The translations under genes and the position numbers were made by a program. From positions 1-60,370 of the IMG/VR virus record IMGVR_UViG_3300036805_000098: 60,370 nt of DNA; one strand, 5' to 3'. Source of the stretch: a virus. Lineage: Duplodnaviria > Caudoviricetes. Position 1 is the stretch's first letter. Every line of letters begins with the position of its first letter. Under the pieces are notes generated by a model, which saw nothing but the letters and a program-made list of their open reading frames with translations, was not told the DNA's origin and searched no databases. This document shows positions 55,991 through 60,370 of the stretch, one piece after another.

Positions 55991-58375
55991 TCACGTCCCG
56001 AACTGGCCGAAGTCGAAGACGCCGTTGGTGGCGTCGTCGAAGATGAACACCGTATTGGGGTTGTCCGAGGCGATCGGGTCGAACACGCCCTGGTCGAACC
56101 CGGCGCCTCGCACGTCGAACCGGAACGGGTTGGCGACCACCCCATGGTCGAGATCCTTCTCGCAGCCGAAGATCACCGCGTGCACCGGAGCGTGGTCGGG
56201 CTGGTTCATCCGGTCGATCTGATGGCTGATCGTCTCGATGAAGAAGTCGTCGTCCGTCCCGGTCTCGCCGTTGGTGATGTGGATGCGGTCGGAGATCTGC
56301 CGCTGGAGGATCTGCGCGAAGTGCTGCGCATCCTCCGCGACCACCCGGAGCTGGACCGTGGGGCTGCGCTCCGCGTAGTGCAGCAGGATCACCGAGGCGA
56401 CAGCGTAGGCGTCCCCAGCGTCCGCCCACGGCACGGTGTCGCTGTAGCCGAACTGCCCGTGCGCGGTGATCGAGGCGGTGTCCTGCTGCATGATCTGCGT
56501 CGTACTGATGACCGGGATGGCCTGCGCCCGGAGCTGGAGCCCGGTGACGATGACCGGCCCACCGACGGCGAGCAGCGAGAGCGTGGCCGTCTGCCCGGAG
56601 GTGCGGTTGAGAACGACCTGGAGCACACCGGTGCCGGAGGTGGTGTAGTCGGTCCCCAGAACGGGCGTCACGGCGTTGATGAACGGGTCCGAGCCGGACG
56701 CCGTGATCTGCATCCCCTGGCCGAGGGCCAGGGAGATGGTGTCCGTGCTGGTCCAGACGGCGGCGAGCCCCGGGGTGGCCGCGCGCTCCTCCACGGCGAA
56801 GCTCACGGAGTTGATGATGTTCTTCGCGCCGTGCTCGTAGGTGAACGGCGCGGTGAAGTGGTAGCCCGTGACGAGGGGCGCCGCGCAGTCGATCTCCTTC
56901 TGCGCGAAGATCACCTGGGCATCCGTCGACTGCGGCCGGAGCAGCCGGTGGTGCCGGTCCCGGAAGACGAATGTCCCGTCCAGAGCGACGTACGCAACCG
57001 AGGGCGGGCCCTCCGACTTGACGAGATCCTGCACAGCGGCGAAGGCGGTCACCCCCTCCACCCACCAGAACGGAACGATGGTCGCGCCGGGGTCGATGTC
57101 CCTCGGGCCCGTCCAGCCCATCTGGTCGAGGATGTAGTTGATCAGGGTGCCGGTGCGCATCGACTCCAGAACCTCGGTCGACAGGGTGAAGCCGTTGAGC
57201 AGGTTCAGCCCGTCCAGGAACGTGAAGTCCACCGTGCGGTTGTCGATGTCGGCGTGGAGGGTGTAGTCGTCGATCCGCGAGAAACCGAGCGCGTACGACT
57301 GCCCCTCGAACGTCACCGACCCGGTCATCTCCCGGGAGGGATCGAGGTTGCCGAACAGCACGGACCCCGACCAGTCCGGGCTGTACTTGCGGGTGGTGTT
57401 GTTGACGGAGAACGAGCTGCTGCCGACCTTGGCCTGGTTGAGCTGGCGGGACTGGTCCCGGCCGTAGCCGATATCCACTCCCCCGCTCAGGATGTCGGCC
57501 GTGACGTCGTCGCCCGGGGTGGTGAACGACCCGTCACCCGCCCAGTCGATAGAGAAGTCATAGACCGGCAGCGCTCCGCACAGGTCCCACGGCAGCGGCA
57601 CCGCTGCTGCCTGCGCGTCCCCGGCGGTGCCAACGGCCGAGGCGACGTCAGCCTGCGCGATGACGTTCGTGGGGACGACCGCCGGTCGCAGGGCGAACGT
57701 CGTCTCGATGCTGCCGTAGGTGCCCGCCCGGCTGGCCGTGGTGGTGCGGGCGGGCTGGAGGCCGGTGGACAGTGCGGTGGCCGAGTCGTAGATCCCGAAC
57801 GCGAGCGCGTTGATCGGGAAGGTCGTCGTGTCGTCGACCCGTTCGGCGTCGGTGCCGACCGAGTTGGTGAAGGACGCGCCCGGCGGATCGGAACTGATGA
57901 AGCGGCCCGTCACCAGCCAGTCGTTGGCCAGGGTCGTGGTGATCTGCGGGTGGGTGATGGCGGCGGCGGTAGCGGAGTTGGCGTGCGTGACCCACTGGCC
58001 GATCGGACCGGTCTGGTCGCAGCCCGAGTACGCCACCATCACCCCGAGCACGTAGGGGCTGCCGGTGGGCCAGGGTGAGGTGTTGAAGGTGAGGGCGTTG
58101 GTGGAGGCGAGCGAGCCGTTGTCGATCTGGTAGGCGACGGCGAGGTGTGGCCGAGCAGCGAAGGGCGTGTTGGTCGAGGTGCCCGCGCTGGCCTGGAACA
58201 GCAGCTTCCAGTTCGCCCCCGGGATGAAGGGGTTGGCGTTGCAGTCCCACATCAGGTACAGGATCAGCAGGTCGCCCGCCGTGTGGCCGGGGGGCAGGGC
58301 GATGCTCTGGGAGCCGCCGGTTGCGCTGACATCAGCCTTGAGGACGGTGCCCGCTGAGCGGAAGGCGATGGCCAC
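55991..58375 (-). CDS. minor tail/baseplate protein
   Basis: 794-aa beta-rich protein directly downstream of tape measure. Confidence 0.75.
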   Translation of the reverse strand: MAIAFRSAGTVLKADVSATGGSQSIALPPGHTAGDLLILYLMWDCNANPFIPGANWKLLFQASAGTSTNTPFAARPHLAVAYQIDNGSLASTNALTFNTSPWPTGSPYVLGVMVAYSGCDQTGPIGQWVTHANSATAAAITHPQITTTLANDWLVTGRFISSDPPGASFTNSVGTDAERVDDTTTFPINALAFGIYDSATALSTGLQPARTTTASRAGTYGSIETTFALRPAVVPTNVIAQADVASAVGTAGDAQAAAVPLPWDLCGALPVYDFSIDWAGDGSFTTPGDDVTADILSGGVDIGYGRDQSRQLNQAKVGSSSFSVNNTTRKYSPDWSGSVLFGNLDPSREMTGSVTFEGQSYALGFSRIDDYTLHADIDNRTVDFTFLDGLNLLNGFTLSTEVLESMRTGTLINYILDQMGWTGPRDIDPGATIVPFWWVEGVTAFAAVQDLVKSEGPPSVAYVALDGTFVFRDRHHRLLRPQSTDAQVIFAQKEIDCAAPLVTGYHFTAPFTYEHGAKNIINSVSFAVEERAATPGLAAVWTSTDTISLALGQGMQITASGSDPFINAVTPVLGTDYTTSGTGVLQVVLNRTSGQTATLSLLAVGGPVIVTGLQLRAQAIPVISTTQIMQQDTASITAHGQFGYSDTVPWADAGDAYAVASVILLHYAERSPTVQLRVVAEDAQHFAQILQRQISDRIHITNGETGTDDDFFIETISHQIDRMNQPDHAPVHAVIFGCEKDLDHGVVANPFRFDVRGAGFDQGVFDPIASDNPNTVFIFDDATNGVFDFGQFGT

Positions 58376-58378
58376 GGA

Positions 58379-60370
58379 TCAGCCCTGCTTCCAGCTCGGG
58401 GGGATGCGCTTCTTTCGGCCAACGGTGTCGAGCGCCTTCACCAGCCAGTCTTCGAGCTGCGCCTGGCTGCCGACCGGGCCCGTGAAGGTGAAGTAGTACG
58501 TGTCCCCGCCCCCGGCGTTCAGCGCGGCCTCCTGCTTGGCGGTACGGATGCGCTCGGGCCTGCCGGTGCCGTTCATCGCCAGGGACAGGCCGGGCGGCAG
58601 CCAGCCCCCCGAGTCGTAGCCCTTCGGGGAGAGGTTGGCGTTGGCCTGTTGGACCTTGGTGATGTTGCCGTACCGGCTGACGATGTAGCGGATGGCGGCG
58701 GCGACGTTCGCCACGGGATCGTAGATCGACCGGTTGCGCAGCGACGACGGGACGTAGTGCTGGAACGTCGACATGATCGTCTGTGCGAGGCCCCGGGAAG
58801 GGTCGCCGTTCTTCGCGTTGATGTCTGTCCGGTTGATCGCCTTCGCGTTCCAGCCCGACTCGCGGCCGATCAGGGTGTTCATGCCGCTGAGCCACTGCGA
58901 CATCGTGCCGGGCGGCGGCACACCCGCAGCAGCCAGAGCGGACCTGATCACCGAGGTGTGCTGCCCGGTGGGGATCTTCCCGCCACCGAACGAATTGCTC
59001 GCGCCCTTGGAGTCGGCCTTGTCGGCGTAGCCGAACAGGGCGTCGACCATGTGCTTGGGGATGTTCCGGACCAGCTTTCCGAACCCGCCCGCCCCCGGGA
59101 TCTTGTTGATCAGCGGATTGACAACCGCCCTCACACCAGCTCGGGCCGAGGCGGCGAGCGTGTCCTTGATCCAGCTCGCCGCGTGCTTGGCCTTGTTCCA
59201 GGCGGCCGAGCCTGCTCCCGCTACGGCGTTCGCCGCCGAGCCGATCCAGCCGAACGGGCCACCGCCCTTGAACCCGGGCGAGTGGGCCCCGCCACCGGCC
59301 GCCGCCCACTTACGCATCTGCATGACCGCACCGTGCCCGCCCGCGCCCTGGACCTCCTTCGCGGTCCAGACGTGCTCGTTGCGGGACAGCCACGACGGCA
59401 CCGAGTCCGAGGTCTCCGTGCCCGCACCGAACACCGGGCCACCCGCACGGAACTTGTACGCGGTCAATTTCGTGGCGCCGAATGCCCCGGCCACCTTGTT
59501 CCAGACGCCGACGATCCCCTTGTCGTAGACGGTGTTCACGACGAACGAGATCGGGCTCTTGGCCAGGGACTCGATGCGCTTGAACCCCTTGCCCGCCCCG
59601 GTCGCGGCGTCGTTGAACGCACCGGAGATCTTGGTCTTCAGCGTGTTGGCCCAGCCGGGAACCGTGTGGGTGAAGAAGGTCTGCATCGGTGTGAGCGTGT
59701 GGGACTTGATCGACGACCACGCGCTGTTGATCCCGCTGGAGATCTCGTGCCAGTGGTCGACGACGTACCGGGTCGCCAGGCCGACCGGGCCGGTGATGAT
59801 CGACAGCAGCAGCGGCCAGTTCTTCCTGATCCAGCTCAGGACGTCGGAGATCCCGGACCGGATCTGCTTCCAGTGGCTGATGATGAAGACCACCGCACCA
59901 CCGACCGGGCCGGTGAGGATCGCCAGGATCAGCATCCAGTGGTCCTTGATGAAGCCCCACACGGCGAAGAACGCGATCTTGATGGCGTCCCACGACGCCT
60001 TCCACGCGGTCTGGAACCAGGTGGTCTTGGTTGCGACGTAGACGATCGCGGCCACGAGGGCGACGCACGCGATCACCACGAGGGTGATCGGGTTCGCGGT
60101 GAGGGCGGCATTCCAGAGCCACTGCGCGGCGGTCACGATGCCGGTGGAGAGAGCGACCGCCTTCTGCCACAGCCACAGTGCGGCCAGTTCGATCCGGGTA
60201 CCGAGGGCGAGGGTCCGGCCGATGGTCAGGGCGGCGTTCCAGACGCCCGTGACGACGGCCGAGGCGAGCGTGTAGACGGCGTAGAGCTTCTGCGCGACAT
60301 ACATGGCCGCCATCACCACGAGCAGCGCGGAGAACGCCAGCACGAGGTCGAGCACGGCCTTCTGGTGCTT
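58379..60370 (-). CDS. tape measure protein with C-terminal lytic transglycosylase domain (5' end truncated by the window)
   Basis: ANPI and periodic Trp repeats; RESG...GLAQ...DPVANVAAAIRY; GYDSGG. Confidence 0.9.
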   Translation of the reverse strand, partial: KHQKAVLDLVLAFSALLVVMAAMYVAQKLYAVYTLASAVVTGVWNAALTIGRTLALGTRIELAALWLWQKAVALSTGIVTAAQWLWNAALTANPITLVVIACVALVAAIVYVATKTTWFQTAWKASWDAIKIAFFAVWGFIKDHWMLILAILTGPVGGAVVFIISHWKQIRSGISDVLSWIRKNWPLLLSIITGPVGLATRYVVDHWHEISSGINSAWSSIKSHTLTPMQTFFTHTVPGWANTLKTKISGAFNDAATGAGKGFKRIESLAKSPISFVVNTVYDKGIVGVWNKVAGAFGATKLTAYKFRAGGPVFGAGTETSDSVPSWLSRNEHVWTAKEVQGAGGHGAVMQMRKWAAAGGGAHSPGFKGGGPFGWIGSAANAVAGAGSAAWNKAKHAASWIKDTLAASARAGVRAVVNPLINKIPGAGGFGKLVRNIPKHMVDALFGYADKADSKGASNSFGGGKIPTGQHTSVIRSALAAAGVPPPGTMSQWLSGMNTLIGRESGWNAKAINRTDINAKNGDPSRGLAQTIMSTFQHYVPSSLRNRSIYDPVANVAAAIRYIVSRYGNITKVQQANANLSPKGYDSGGWLPPGLSLAMNGTGRPERIRTAKQEAALNAGGGDTYYFTFTGPVGSQAQLEDWLVKALDTVGRKKRIPPSWKQG

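Overview
High-GC actinobacteriophage DNA, most likely a Streptomyces-type siphovirus or phage-plasmid; the window is cut inside genes at both ends. The left arm (minus strand) carries a holin-like gene, terminase, a papain-like peptidase, an Rpf/LysM muralytic enzyme and a DNA hypermodification cluster (TET/JBP dioxygenase, P-loop kinase, PLP enzyme, aGPT-Pplase2, ParB-N). Next come a fused primase-helicase-PolA gene, other replication/recombination genes, a glycosyltransferase cluster and a Streptomyces plasmid-type TraB/Spd transfer module. An early-like region of small genes follows at 36.8-52 kb, then endolysin, tail and tape measure genes. The main unexplained structure is in the early-like region: six near-identical type II hammerhead ribozyme motifs with a pseudoknot, five directly after a stop codon and all ahead of a ribosome-binding site. 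They are predicted to cut the transcript into RNAs that could circularise, three of them carrying a single gene. The same region holds a second intergenic hairpin family, a repeated promoter/operator, five canonical tRNAs and four aberrant tRNA-like RNAs. All calls come from reading motifs by eye; no searches or folding programs were run.
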